A DNA stretch of 64,000 nt from Candidatus Hermodarchaeota archaeon (GTDB lineage: Archaea > Asgardarchaeota > Lokiarchaeia > Sigyniarchaeales > SOKP01): contig JBHLLO010000009.1 in NCBI GenBank assembly GCA_048885535.1, positions 2,909-66,908 of the forward strand, in the 5' to 3' direction. A program made the translations under genes and the position numbers. The notes below the pieces were generated by a model. It saw only the letters and a program-made list of their open reading frames with translations, ran no database searches and had not been told where the DNA came from. Below, one piece after another: positions 1-10,728 of the stretch (position 1 is its first letter; each line of letters opens with the position of its first letter).

Positions 1-301
1 ATATATTCTTCATCGGATACTCTGCTTTGAAGTTCCACAATACCCTACATGCGAGTTTAACCCATATATTGGCAGCTCTCCATTGTAACTTTTTTTCTAA
101 ATCTGTTAAATTTAAGCGTTCAATAATATCACGATAAAGATCATTTAAGGGATCAATCGGATTATACTTTAATACCTTATAGATTGCGTTCTGGTGAGGT
201 TTTTCCAGCTTTAAGTCTTCTTTGAGTTTTTCTTCCATTTTTTTAGCTGGTTCATAGTCATAATCTTTCGAAACGATTTGGTCTGATTTTTCAGTTTGCA
301 T
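1..301 (-). CDS. Partial CDS (N-terminal ~100 aa, runs off the window); product unknown, possibly acyltransferase-like
   Basis: ATG at 301 (minus strand), open to position 1: MQTEKSDQIVSKDYDYEPAKK...WVKLACRVLWNFKAEYPMKNI. No diagnostic motif is inside the window. Confidence 0.6.
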   Translation of the reverse strand, partial: MQTEKSDQIVSKDYDYEPAKKMEEKLKEDLKLEKPHQNAIYKVLKYNPIDPLNDLYRDIIERLNLTDLEKKLQWRAANIWVKLACRVLWNFKAEYPMKNI

Positions 302-515
302 TTTTCTCAACTAGTTTTTTTAACTCGAATTATTAAAAATGGACAGTTAAATTAATAAAACTAAACTTTTAGTACTAAATTATCTTTACTTAAAGACTTG
401 TTTATATAAAAATATAATGGTTAAAATCATACTGGAAAAAGTATGATCCTAAACAAGGAAAAGAGATGGTGAGATTATGAATTAAAAATTATCATCATAA
501 AATTAATGGATTTTT

Positions 516-1298
516 TTAGGATTTAATTTTTAATTCTTTATGAGCATTTGAGTTTGACATTGATTTTTTCTCTAATATCTTCTTAAGATCTTCCAGCGTC
601 TCAATCACTAAACTTGGATGAAAATTTGCTAATGTTTCTATCTTACTCACTCCTGTAGATACTCCTACAGTCCATACGCCTGCTTCTTGTCCAGCTTCTA
701 TATCAGAAGGCATATCTCCAATCATTATGAATTCTTTTACTTTATATGACTTATAATTCTCAAAAACTGGTAATAATGCTTCAGGACTTGGCTTAAGTTC
801 AGGTAATATATCGGCTCCATAAACTCCTTTAAATAAATTTTCAATTCCTTCTCTTTCTAAATGGCCTATTAAATTTCTTGTCTGATTATGTGAAACAATA
901 TAGAGATCATATGATTTACTCAATTTTTTTAATAATTCAATTGATCCAGGAAAAAAAGGAGCTTCTTTAGCATAAGTTAAGTATTTTGTAAAAATTCTTG
1001 CTGCAATCTCCAATTTTTTTAGAAAAGTTAATGATTGGAAAGAAGAAATATGCTTCACTAGTTCATGAGACTGAAGAAGTATTTTTGGAAGTGGTAATGC
1101 TTGAATAGTTTCCATTAAAGCCCCAATTTCCTCTATTGTAGTGTCTACATTTACATTTATTTTTTTCTTTTCAAAAATCTCTTCTATTGATGTTCTAAGC
1201 GGTTCGCTAATATCTAGAAGAGTACCATCAAAGTCGAATATAAATCCTCTAATGGATTTTGAATGAAGGGCTTTTATTAATTGATTATCATTATTCAT
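516..1298 (-). CDS. HAD-superfamily hydrolase (phosphoglycolate phosphatase-like)
   Basis: Motif I FDFDGTL, motif III KPSP, motif IV IGDMPSDIEAG. Confidence 0.9.
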   Translation of the reverse strand: MNNDNQLIKALHSKSIRGFIFDFDGTLLDISEPLRTSIEEIFEKKKINVNVDTTIEEIGALMETIQALPLPKILLQSHELVKHISSFQSLTFLKKLEIAARIFTKYLTYAKEAPFFPGSIELLKKLSKSYDLYIVSHNQTRNLIGHLEREGIENLFKGVYGADILPELKPSPEALLPVFENYKSYKVKEFIMIGDMPSDIEAGQEAGVWTVGVSTGVSKIETLANFHPSLVIETLEDLKKILEKKSMSNSNAHKELKIKS

Positions 1299-1586
1299 AA
1301 GTATTCGAGTATTCTTTGTTTTTCATTGATTTAATTTGAAAAGAGATTAAATCTTTGATGATCTAATCTTGATTTATCTTTAGTTAAGTGTTCTTTTATA
1401 TAAAAAGATATTCTAATTTATAATATCCTATTTAGTATGAAAGCATGAATTGTCCTAAAACATGAAAGTGAATTATTTCATTGTGTTATTCAATTTCTTA
1501 TTTTGTTTATAAGAAAATTATATATAATGGAACTGTTGTTACGTTCTTAAATAACTGAACCAAACAATTTATAAAGGTTTTTAAAT

Positions 1587-3863
1587 ATGAAAAAAAAAGC
1601 CCCCCTCTTTTTGATATCTAGTCTTTTAATTGTAATAATTTTACCTTTACTCTATAGCAATTATAATTCCTTTATTTTGTTAACAAAAAATCTTAATTTT
1701 AATCTTGAAACGAGTCAAATTTATTCAGGGCGTTATAATGGTGATATGGCTATTATGTATTTTGACCAAAATTCGATGCTTTCTTCAGAATTTAATAGTC
1801 AATCTATCACACAAAGAATACCATATAATTTTTCCCGTCCTGGATATGAGTATAGAGTGAGTAGCTTGGACATATGGGCAGAGTTATCATATGGATATAA
1901 AATTGCTGGTAATGTATCTGAGCAGATAGACATAAATTCCTCATATGCAGTATTCCAAGAATTTATATATCCTGATATCGAAAAATTAGATGGAATTATG
2001 ATTTATCTTAATTATAGTATAATATATGAACCAATCAACTACTATTATTGGGATATGTTCATTTATGATGAAAATTCAACGCAAATTGATTGGTTTTGGA
2101 ACTATGAAACTCGAAAAGTAGTTGATGAATGGATGAGGTTTGAACCAACTATTTATCATTTTGAACCAGGAAAAAATTATACTATTGCATTACGATTTTG
2201 GCACCCAACACTATATTATTCTTATCCTTTTGATTTCTGGAAAGCTGAAAATTATACAGATCCAAAATATAATAAAGGCGTCACAAGTTTTTTTAATGGT
2301 ACATATGAATTTCCAGTGGAAAATGACGCAACTACAGATATGTTGTGTTATTTATTATATACAGAAGAACTAGAGCCCTCTAGTATCGATATTGACTTTA
2401 TAATCAATGGTCAGTATGTTCCTCCTATATATCAAGAAACTTATGTATTCTGGTCTCATTCTTTTAATACGCCATTGACGCAAGACATTAACTTGACAGT
2501 TTTATGTGATAAAGTTATTCCGGTCATAAGTGTATATACCGACATCTATTATACATATCTAATTAATGCGAGTGGAATATATAACGTTCATGATAATCGT
2601 ATTGAGTGGATTGTTAATTATACTTATGAAGAAATTCCTTATGGATGGCCCCCTCCTATGCTTTTATTTGAGAGAGATTGGGATCTTGACTTCCTTTATG
2701 ATCCTTATGGAGTTGAGATGACAAACATTTACTTTGGTCCTATCTCACTCTATAATCACTCATATTATGGTATTACCACTATTTTTGGTCGTCCTTTCGA
2801 AAAAGGAACATATATTGGAGAATTTCATTCTCCAAATTATTGCACATCTATTAAAACCCAAGTCAAATCGAATGGTGGATTTACTAATCAAGCTTCATTT
2901 GAATTAGGTCAGACAATTAGATTTGAAGCTGCAATTATTAGTTCCATATATAGATCAAACGAAATCGAAGGGACAGGAACAATTCTATTGAGAACTCCTT
3001 CTGGTCAGGTAATTCATAATGAGACAGGATTGACCCCATTAAATGGAGTTTTAACTAGTTCAGAAATAGTTTTGAATACAGAAATGGCAGAAGGACTTTA
3101 TGAAGTAGAAGTTTTTTGGACAAATGGGAAAGAAGTTGCGTATTATACAGTTCAATTTGAAATTAGAGTGCCCGTTAATATTGTTTTAATTGTTGCTATC
3201 GCAGCAAGCATTGCTTTTGCCTCTGTGCCTCTCGCATTAGTAGCTAGGCGGCAAATTAGGCAAAGAAATTGGGAGAAATCTCTGAAGAATCTATTTGTCT
3301 TAACAAAAGATGGATTAAGTTTGTATGAATTTTCTTTTGGAATCGAGATACAAGATCCCGCTTTGATTGCTGGGATGATTGCAGCACTCACTCAGTTTGT
3401 TCGTGAGACCACTGGGAGTAAAAAACTGTTACGAACTATAGATCAAGAAGATAAAAAAGTCATACTATTTCACGGTGAGTTTACCACCGTAGCTCTATTA
3501 GCTGAGAAAAATTTACCTATAATTCATAATCGTATTAAGAAATTCACTCAAGAATTTGAAAGCAATTTCTACAAACAAATAAAGAGTTTTGATGGCGAAA
3601 TTTCTGCTTTCAAACATGCTGATGTAATTGTAAATAAATATTTCCCTATTGATGTAGAGGAGCAGGTCATTCGAGCGGTTCGACAAAAACTCATAGAGTT
3701 TAGGGAAAGACTTGATGTTCTTAAAGATCCACGTCATATTATATCTTTAATGCGCGAAATTACAGAATTTCTTTCTAGATATCGAACTATCGTTAATGAG
3801 CACTATTTAGACTATTATAATCAAATCATAACTAGCGCTGAACAGAAAATCTCAACAGCTTAG
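1587..3863 (+). CDS. Membrane protein: N-terminal anchor, large extracellular beta-rich region, TM helix, cytoplasmic longin-like domain
   Basis: Hydrophobic N-terminus; many N-x-S/T sequons; TM IVLIVAIAASIAFASVPLALV; then LFVLTKDGLSLY...DPALIAGMIAALTQFVRE, a longin-like pattern also seen in the 18400 protein. Confidence 0.75.
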   Translation: MKKKAPLFLISSLLIVIILPLLYSNYNSFILLTKNLNFNLETSQIYSGRYNGDMAIMYFDQNSMLSSEFNSQSITQRIPYNFSRPGYEYRVSSLDIWAELSYGYKIAGNVSEQIDINSSYAVFQEFIYPDIEKLDGIMIYLNYSIIYEPINYYYWDMFIYDENSTQIDWFWNYETRKVVDEWMRFEPTIYHFEPGKNYTIALRFWHPTLYYSYPFDFWKAENYTDPKYNKGVTSFFNGTYEFPVENDATTDMLCYLLYTEELEPSSIDIDFIINGQYVPPIYQETYVFWSHSFNTPLTQDINLTVLCDKVIPVISVYTDIYYTYLINASGIYNVHDNRIEWIVNYTYEEIPYGWPPPMLLFERDWDLDFLYDPYGVEMTNIYFGPISLYNHSYYGITTIFGRPFEKGTYIGEFHSPNYCTSIKTQVKSNGGFTNQASFELGQTIRFEAAIISSIYRSNEIEGTGTILLRTPSGQVIHNETGLTPLNGVLTSSEIVLNTEMAEGLYEVEVFWTNGKEVAYYTVQFEIRVPVNIVLIVAIAASIAFASVPLALVARRQIRQRNWEKSLKNLFVLTKDGLSLYEFSFGIEIQDPALIAGMIAALTQFVRETTGSKKLLRTIDQEDKKVILFHGEFTTVALLAEKNLPIIHNRIKKFTQEFESNFYKQIKSFDGEISAFKHADVIVNKYFPIDVEEQVIRAVRQKLIEFRERLDVLKDPRHIISLMREITEFLSRYRTIVNEHYLDYYNQIITSAEQKISTA

Positions 3864-3999
3864 ATTTTTTTTTAATTTATCATTTTTTTTTTATATGGAA
3901 ATTACCCTCTAAATTCTAAATTAGACATTTCAATATATTAAAATTATAAAGCTCATTTTAAGAAACATTATAAATATAGAGTAGTAAAATTTAGAAGAA

Positions 4000-5415
4000 A
4001 TGAGCCCTAATACTGAGAAATCTTTTAATAAGATTTTTTGGCCTTTATATTTATTAAATGGATTTCAAAGTATTGCATATGGAGCAATTATTGTTTTAGT
4101 TGTACCTCTTGCTTTAATTATCTGGCCAAATGATCCAGCAGATGTTCATGCTTTAGAGATGGGAATATTGTATACTACTTTATCCTGGGCTTCCTCCTTT
4201 TCGGGCTTAATTTTTGGTAGGTTTATTGATAAATATTCACGTAAGAAGATTATTATAATTATTTCAATTTTTCGTGGAACATCAATGATCTTATTAGGTT
4301 TTAGTGTTTATGGTGGTGAAATCGGTACATGGTGGTATTTCTTTTTATTTATTGCTCTTTTTGGATTTTTTTCTGGGGGTTCATGGCCAGCCATTAATTC
4401 ATTATCTAATGATGTGGTTGCAGAGGATCGACGTTCTCGATTTTTTGGTGTATATCAAATAGTACTAAATACTACTAATATAATTGGTTGGTTAATAGCA
4501 ACTCTTTTAGTCCAAAATGGTTTCTGGAGAGAATTCTTCTGGGGGATAGGTGTTTCTATTCTTCTTGGGGGTTTTATTTTTGCTATCCATAACAAAGAAC
4601 CAAAAAGAGGCGCTCGACAAGAGGAATTATATCATGTTCTTCAAGATGATTCTATCGAATATAATTTTCAGATAAATAAAGATATGATGCGTAAAACAAT
4701 GCTTAGTAAAACCAATTCTGTAGCTCTCATTGAAGGTGTCTTTACTTGTATCCTTATGAGTAGCCTAAATTTTTTAATATTGAATTATGTCCAAAACCCT
4801 CCATATAATCTCGCACCATTTTCAATCGGGGTTTTTATGGTGGTTTTTGGTTTAACAGGAGGACTTGTGGGTCAAATATTATTATCAAGGATCAGTGATA
4901 AGATTGCTATAAAAAAGCCTGTAAACAGATTACCTATTATCGTAATTGCTATAATTGGTGGCTTAGTAACTTTTGCTCTTTTCTTTTTCTTGCCTTGGGT
5001 CCCCTTAACCGAAGAACAGGGTAAAAATATACTTTATATAATGTCAATTCCCACAATGTGGATCATGGGTGCTCTTTTCTTTACTTCAAGGTCTATTTTT
5101 TCGTTATATATAGTAAATCAGAGTCCTGTTATACAACAGATTAACTTACCCGAAGCACAGGGTCAAATTGTTTCATGGAATCAATTTTTAGAGCAATTTG
5201 GGAGAGGAATTGGACCTTTATTATGTGGAGTGCTATTAGTTTTCACAAGCACAAATTATCAGATAACAGTAATTATAGTCGTTTTGTGTATTATCCCAGG
5301 AGTAATATTATGGCTTTTAGCGATAAAATGGTTCCCAAAAGATAGAAACCAAATTAAAAAAATCTTAAAGGAAAGAGCTGAACTACTTAAATCTGGAAGG
5401 AAAACGTTAAATTAA
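4000..5415 (+). CDS. MFS transporter
   Basis: About 12 TM segments; motif A-like GRFIDKYSRK and SRISDKI. Confidence 0.9.
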   Translation: MSPNTEKSFNKIFWPLYLLNGFQSIAYGAIIVLVVPLALIIWPNDPADVHALEMGILYTTLSWASSFSGLIFGRFIDKYSRKKIIIIISIFRGTSMILLGFSVYGGEIGTWWYFFLFIALFGFFSGGSWPAINSLSNDVVAEDRRSRFFGVYQIVLNTTNIIGWLIATLLVQNGFWREFFWGIGVSILLGGFIFAIHNKEPKRGARQEELYHVLQDDSIEYNFQINKDMMRKTMLSKTNSVALIEGVFTCILMSSLNFLILNYVQNPPYNLAPFSIGVFMVVFGLTGGLVGQILLSRISDKIAIKKPVNRLPIIVIAIIGGLVTFALFFFLPWVPLTEEQGKNILYIMSIPTMWIMGALFFTSRSIFSLYIVNQSPVIQQINLPEAQGQIVSWNQFLEQFGRGIGPLLCGVLLVFTSTNYQITVIIVVLCIIPGVILWLLAIKWFPKDRNQIKKILKERAELLKSGRKTLN

Positions 5416-5426
5416 TTGAAAAATGA

Positions 5427-7787
5427 TTATAATGACATATGTTCAGTTCTTTTGATTATCTCATCTTGCAAAACTTTCCCTAAATTAATAAAATAATCGC
5501 TATATCCAGCAACTCGAACGATTAAATCTCTAAATTGTTCAGGGTTTCTCTGAGCGGCTTTTAAGGTTTTGGCTGTAACAACATTGAATTGAATATGATG
5601 TCCATCCATTTCAAAATATGCTCTTATTAAATGAGCTACCTTCTCTATTCCTGAATGACTTGAAAGCAACTGGGGTGTAAACTTTTGATTTAGTAGAGTA
5701 CCTCCAGTTCTTAAGTGATCTATTTTAGCAGCAGATTTAAGGACCGCAGTAGGACCGTTAATGTCAACTCCCTGTACTGGTGAAATTCCTTCTGATAAGG
5801 GCATATATGCTTTTCGTCCATCAGGACTTGCACCTGTAATTTTTCCAAAATATATATGAACTGTTGTTGGGAGAAGATTAATGTGATGTACGCCTCCTCT
5901 TGTATTCGGACGATTATTGACGGCATTATAGACGATATTAAACACTTCTTGAGCTATAGCGTCCGCATAATCATTATCATTTCCATATTTAGGAGTTTTA
6001 TACAACATTTTCTGCCTGATTTCTTCAAAACCTTCAAAGTTTTTCTTTAAGGCTTCTAACATTTCTTGCATTGAAAATATTTTTTTTTCATAAATATTAT
6101 ACTTCAAAGAGGTTAAACAGTCTGTAATGCTTCCTATTCCTACAACTTGTATATATGATGTATTATATTTTGCACCACCATTGTGATAATCTAATCCTTT
6201 TTTAATACAATCCTCAATAATGATTGATAGAAATACGGCTGGCAACTGAGACCATAAACGTTCAATAATCAAGTTACCCTTAATTTTGATATCAACAAAA
6301 TAATTGATCTGCCTACTAAAAGCATTCATTAATTTATCAAAAGATTTGAAACTAGTCGGAACTCCAGTTTTTAATCCGATTTGTTTACCTGTTATTGGAT
6401 CAAACCCATTATTCAATGTAATTTCAAGAATTTTTACAAGATTGAAATACCCTGTAAGAATATAAGCTTCCTTTCCGAATGCACCTGATTCAACACACCC
6501 ACTAGCACCCCCATTACGAGCATCTATTAAAGATTTTCCCTGTCGAGTAAGTTCTTGAATTATTGCATCAGTATTGAACACTGAAGGTTGTCCAAATCCA
6601 GTTTTAATAATATTTAAAGCTCGGTTTAAGAACTCATTTGGGGTTTTTTGACTAATCTGAACATTACTGCTTGGCTGTGGAATTCTCATTTCCTCAATTA
6701 CATCTAGTAATATATAGGATAATTCATTTACCCCATCTGAACCGTCTTCTTTTAAACCTCCAATGTTAATATTACAAAAATCTGTATAAGTATTACTCTC
6801 CTCAGCAGTAACTCCAACTTTAGGAGGAGCAGGTTGATTGTTAAACTTTATCCAAAAAGCTTGAAGTAATTCTTTTGCACTTGTCCTTGTCAAATTATTA
6901 TCATTAATATCCTTTTTATAGAATGGATATAGATGTTGATCTAAGCGTCCTGGATTGAAAGAATCCCAAGTATTATATTCTGTTATAACACCTAAATGAA
7001 TGAACCAATAATGTTGGAGTGCCTCCCAAAAGGTTGTAGGTGCTCGCGCAGGAACATAACTACAAATTTCTGATATTTTTTCTAACTCTTTTTTTCTAGT
7101 TGGGTCTTTTTCTTGGGTAGCCAGCCGTTTAGCTTCTTGTGCGTAACGTTTTGCGAAAGAGATTATTGCATCTGCAGCGATATCCATAGCAATTAATTGC
7201 TCTCTCTTATTGAATGCTTCAGAATCATTATAAAAATCTAATTTTTCTATACTTTCTTTTATTTCTTTCTTAAAATCTAAAAATCCCTTATTCCATATAT
7301 TTTTCCCACTAACTGTATGTCCAGGAGCTCTCTGTTCCATAAATTCTGTGAAAATTCCGGCATTATAAGCATTGATCCACTCAACGTCGACTTTAGAAAA
7401 TATTTTATCACGAATAGATCTTCCTTTCCAAAAAGGAATGATTATATCTTCTGTTTTTTTTCTCGCATCTTCAGATACCTTAAATGAAATTTTATCCCGA
7501 GTATTTAAAATGTCTAAATCTTGTAAGCTGTGGCAGCATACTTCTGGATATGTAGGAGTTGCTTTTGGTTCTGGTCCACGCTCACCTACGATCAATTCAC
7601 CTTCATTAATACATATCTTTTTATTTTCCATTACATACTTAAATGCCATTGCTCTAGCAATTGGAGGAGTAAAATTATGGGCTGCACCAGTTTCATAAAA
7701 TTCTGTCAATAAAAGGGCACGTTCTAATGAAAGATAGGGGATCGCCTTTCTACTTTGATTTCTTAGTTTTTTAATTCTATCATTCAT
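5427..7787 (-). CDS. hypD: Glycyl radical enzyme, trans-4-hydroxy-L-proline dehydratase-like
   Basis: Gly loop RVAGYS; Cys loop SGCVE; HypD-type motifs EQRAPGH, WDSFNPGR, ESNTYTDF, TGYFN, LPTT. Confidence 0.85.
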   Translation of the reverse strand: MNDRIKKLRNQSRKAIPYLSLERALLLTEFYETGAAHNFTPPIARAMAFKYVMENKKICINEGELIVGERGPEPKATPTYPEVCCHSLQDLDILNTRDKISFKVSEDARKKTEDIIIPFWKGRSIRDKIFSKVDVEWINAYNAGIFTEFMEQRAPGHTVSGKNIWNKGFLDFKKEIKESIEKLDFYNDSEAFNKREQLIAMDIAADAIISFAKRYAQEAKRLATQEKDPTRKKELEKISEICSYVPARAPTTFWEALQHYWFIHLGVITEYNTWDSFNPGRLDQHLYPFYKKDINDNNLTRTSAKELLQAFWIKFNNQPAPPKVGVTAEESNTYTDFCNINIGGLKEDGSDGVNELSYILLDVIEEMRIPQPSSNVQISQKTPNEFLNRALNIIKTGFGQPSVFNTDAIIQELTRQGKSLIDARNGGASGCVESGAFGKEAYILTGYFNLVKILEITLNNGFDPITGKQIGLKTGVPTSFKSFDKLMNAFSRQINYFVDIKIKGNLIIERLWSQLPAVFLSIIIEDCIKKGLDYHNGGAKYNTSYIQVVGIGSITDCLTSLKYNIYEKKIFSMQEMLEALKKNFEGFEEIRQKMLYKTPKYGNDNDYADAIAQEVFNIVYNAVNNRPNTRGGVHHINLLPTTVHIYFGKITGASPDGRKAYMPLSEGISPVQGVDINGPTAVLKSAAKIDHLRTGGTLLNQKFTPQLLSSHSGIEKVAHLIRAYFEMDGHHIQFNVVTAKTLKAAQRNPEQFRDLIVRVAGYSDYFINLGKVLQDEIIKRTEHMSL

Positions 7788-7864
7788 ACTTTTAAGCCTT
7801 CTATTGACTTTAATTTGGACAGTTAATATTAAAAAAATATCACTTTATCTAAGTTTTATTCGAA

Positions 7865-8713
7865 TTAACCTTGTTCATTTAATTCTTTCAATTTCTTATC
7901 AATAACTTCTCTCATATATTTAAATCCCGGTGTGAGGTTTTCAGTTAAACCCATAGGGATCATTGCACGTACAGGGAACCCTAGCCCTTGCTTACCGCCT
8001 GTTTTAAACAAATTCTTTAAAACATAAAAAATATACGTTCCTGGTAAGCCAATTGCAATTTCGTAATCTTGAACTCCACCAAATGCGCGATCTCCCATAC
8101 CAGGTATAACTATTTGGGCTCTACGTGTTATAAATGGCATAAGACCACCCTTTCCACAAGATTCTCCAAACCCTTCAAACACTGATCTTACTGCATATTT
8201 CTTTTTATGTTCAAAATTCAGAGCATGAATAACATGAGTAATCTGAGCACCATTACCAAAAATTAGAATTGTATCAGGAATTACAATTGTGTTTGGCAAA
8301 GGGGAAGCAATAAGTCCACGATAACCTAAAGCAATAAGATTTTCATAATTCTTCACATAAAGTGCCTCGGCTCGGCGTTTTTCAGCCGCTACGTCTTTAT
8401 GCCAGCCCTGTCTAACTTGGCTCTCAACAAATTCTTCTTTTGATATTGGTACCCATCCATGTCCTACAGATGAAGGGGTACAAAAATTGTCTTCGGCTGA
8501 AATAGCATAACTTTGATTAAATTTTCTAGCCATTGTGAATGTCTGACATATACTCATCTTTTTACCCAAAATATATGGTATAATGACATTTTCTGGGATT
8601 TCACTTTTATCTTTATAATATTTTATAGCTATGGGATATGTGGCAAGATGCAATTTATCATAGATTTCTTGTCCTGCCTTTTGATAATCTTCTTTGCTCT
8701 TATTATCTACCAT
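7865..8713 (-). CDS. DUF169-family protein
   Basis: L..YPIAIKY, SICQ, FC, PDTILIFGN..Q, ESC, PGMGDR pattern. Confidence 0.75.
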   Translation of the reverse strand: MVDNKSKEDYQKAGQEIYDKLHLATYPIAIKYYKDKSEIPENVIIPYILGKKMSICQTFTMARKFNQSYAISAEDNFCTPSSVGHGWVPISKEEFVESQVRQGWHKDVAAEKRRAEALYVKNYENLIALGYRGLIASPLPNTIVIPDTILIFGNGAQITHVIHALNFEHKKKYAVRSVFEGFGESCGKGGLMPFITRRAQIVIPGMGDRAFGGVQDYEIAIGLPGTYIFYVLKNLFKTGGKQGLGFPVRAMIPMGLTENLTPGFKYMREVIDKKLKELNEQG

Positions 8714-8851
8714 TTTTTTCTTCCTCTTTTTTTTAATAATTATTTCTATTCTTTATGGTCTCTCTTTTTAACTCTTAACCTCGACTTCAATACTGACAAA
8801 AGTCAAAAATTTTTGTTAAAATTTAACCTGATCAATGAAATTTTTATCAAT

Positions 8852-10534
8852 TCATTTTACCGCTTTTTTAGTCTCTTTATCTCTAATTACTCTCCTTAGT
8901 ACTTTTCCAACAGCGCTTTTTGGTAAACTACGTACGATTTTTACTATTCTAGGATATTTATAAGCTGCCATATTGTCTTTCGCAAAATTAATTATATCCT
9001 CCTCTTTAATTTTACTTTTATATTCAGGTTTAAGTATAATATATGCGACTATTTCTTCTCCTTTCACCGGATCTGGGATGCCAAATACGGAGCATTCCAT
9101 AATGGCGGGATGTTCATACAAAATTTCTTCAATTTCTCGAGGATAAACACTGTGTCCTTTATATTTTATCATATCTTTGACACGATCAAGTATATAAATA
9201 TATCCTTCCTCATCTAGTTTTGCAAAATCGCCCGTTCGAAGCCATCTAAAACCTCCAGCTTGAAAAAATACCTTGTTATTTTCTTCTGGTCGATTAAGGT
9301 ACCCTAACATAACCTGAGGACCTGAAACAACTAATTCTCCAGCTTCTCCAATAGGTAAAAAATTTCTGTTTTCATCAATAATCCCTACTAGTGTGTTTGC
9401 AACAGGATGACCACAGCTTCCATATTTCTTTCTTGCCCATGGAGGAGAATTTGTCACTGTGGGGCTTGTTTCGCTTAAACCGTAACCTTCTCCCATTTCA
9501 AATCCTGTTTTTTCCTTCCATGCTTTGAATACTTCAGTAGGTAATGATCCTGCTCCAACATTAGCATACTTTAAGCTAGAGAAGTCAACCTCTTTACTTC
9601 GAGGATAATTTAAAAGGTTTATGAACATAGTAGGCACTCCTAGCATTAAATTTGGATGATGATTTTCTATAATATCTAAAATTTTAGGAATATCAAACGT
9701 AGCTAAAACATAACCTTTAGCTCCGATCAATGGTGCTTGAGTTAATTCACACGTTTGTCCATAGATGTGATACCAAGGTAAGACTGATAAATTAATAAAA
9801 TCTTCATTGAGATATGTATTCTTCATATAATCGCTGATTTGTTTCATCTGATATATATTAGCTATTATATTATAATGAGATAAACAAGCACCTTTTGGAA
9901 GCCCAGTAGTGCCTCCAGTGTATTGAATAATTGCGATATCTTTTTTAGGGTCAATTTTTACTTCTAGTTCTGAATCAGATAAAGGAGATGGATTCTGTTC
10001 TATTATAGTGTTGAAATGGATAACTTTATCAGTTTCGAGAATATCAGGAATTTTTCCCTCAACATTCACAACTATTACTTTTTTTAAATTTAATTCATTT
10101 TGGACACGTTCATATTGACCATAGAATCTATCAATTAATATCAAAAATTTTGTTCCCGAATCTTTAATTTGATATAGTATCTCACGTGCAACGAATAGTG
10201 GACTTAGGGCAGTTAATGTTGCACCAAGACTTAGAGCTGCAAAATATGCAAAGCTGAAATATGGACCGTTGGGTAACCAAAGTGCTATAACATCACCCTT
10301 CTTGACACCCAATTTATGTAAACCTCTAGCAAATCTCCTAGTTAGAATCTCCATTTCATTGAATGTGAATTCTCTTCCGTAGTAAACCATAGAAACCTTT
10401 TTACCATGTTCTTGAGCACCTTTCTTAAATATATCTATTAAAGAAATATCTTCAGGAATATCAATTATTGAAGTCATACCTGCGGGTAAATAATCTTTCC
10501 AATAACGATTCTTAATATAATCCGGAATTTCCAT
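8852..10534 (-). CDS. fadD: Long-chain-fatty-acid--CoA ligase (AMP-binding family)
   Basis: YTGGTTGLPKG, GYGLSETSP, RTGD, DRVKDMIK, PKSAVGK. Confidence 0.9.
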   Translation of the reverse strand: MEIPDYIKNRYWKDYLPAGMTSIIDIPEDISLIDIFKKGAQEHGKKVSMVYYGREFTFNEMEILTRRFARGLHKLGVKKGDVIALWLPNGPYFSFAYFAALSLGATLTALSPLFVAREILYQIKDSGTKFLILIDRFYGQYERVQNELNLKKVIVVNVEGKIPDILETDKVIHFNTIIEQNPSPLSDSELEVKIDPKKDIAIIQYTGGTTGLPKGACLSHYNIIANIYQMKQISDYMKNTYLNEDFINLSVLPWYHIYGQTCELTQAPLIGAKGYVLATFDIPKILDIIENHHPNLMLGVPTMFINLLNYPRSKEVDFSSLKYANVGAGSLPTEVFKAWKEKTGFEMGEGYGLSETSPTVTNSPPWARKKYGSCGHPVANTLVGIIDENRNFLPIGEAGELVVSGPQVMLGYLNRPEENNKVFFQAGGFRWLRTGDFAKLDEEGYIYILDRVKDMIKYKGHSVYPREIEEILYEHPAIMECSVFGIPDPVKGEEIVAYIILKPEYKSKIKEEDIINFAKDNMAAYKYPRIVKIVRSLPKSAVGKVLRRVIRDKETKKAVK

Positions 10535-10728
10535 AATAATCAGTTATTATTCATTGAGTTATTAAAAAATTTAAATCTTAATATTTTTAATTTACTTTTA
10601 ATAGTTCTTTTTAGACTTTTAGAGTTATTGATATAATAAATAACTTTAATATCTTCTTTTAATTATTTAGAAATATTGATTTTTCATTCCTTTATTTTAA
10701 GTGAAAATATCCCTTTAATTATCCTTAA

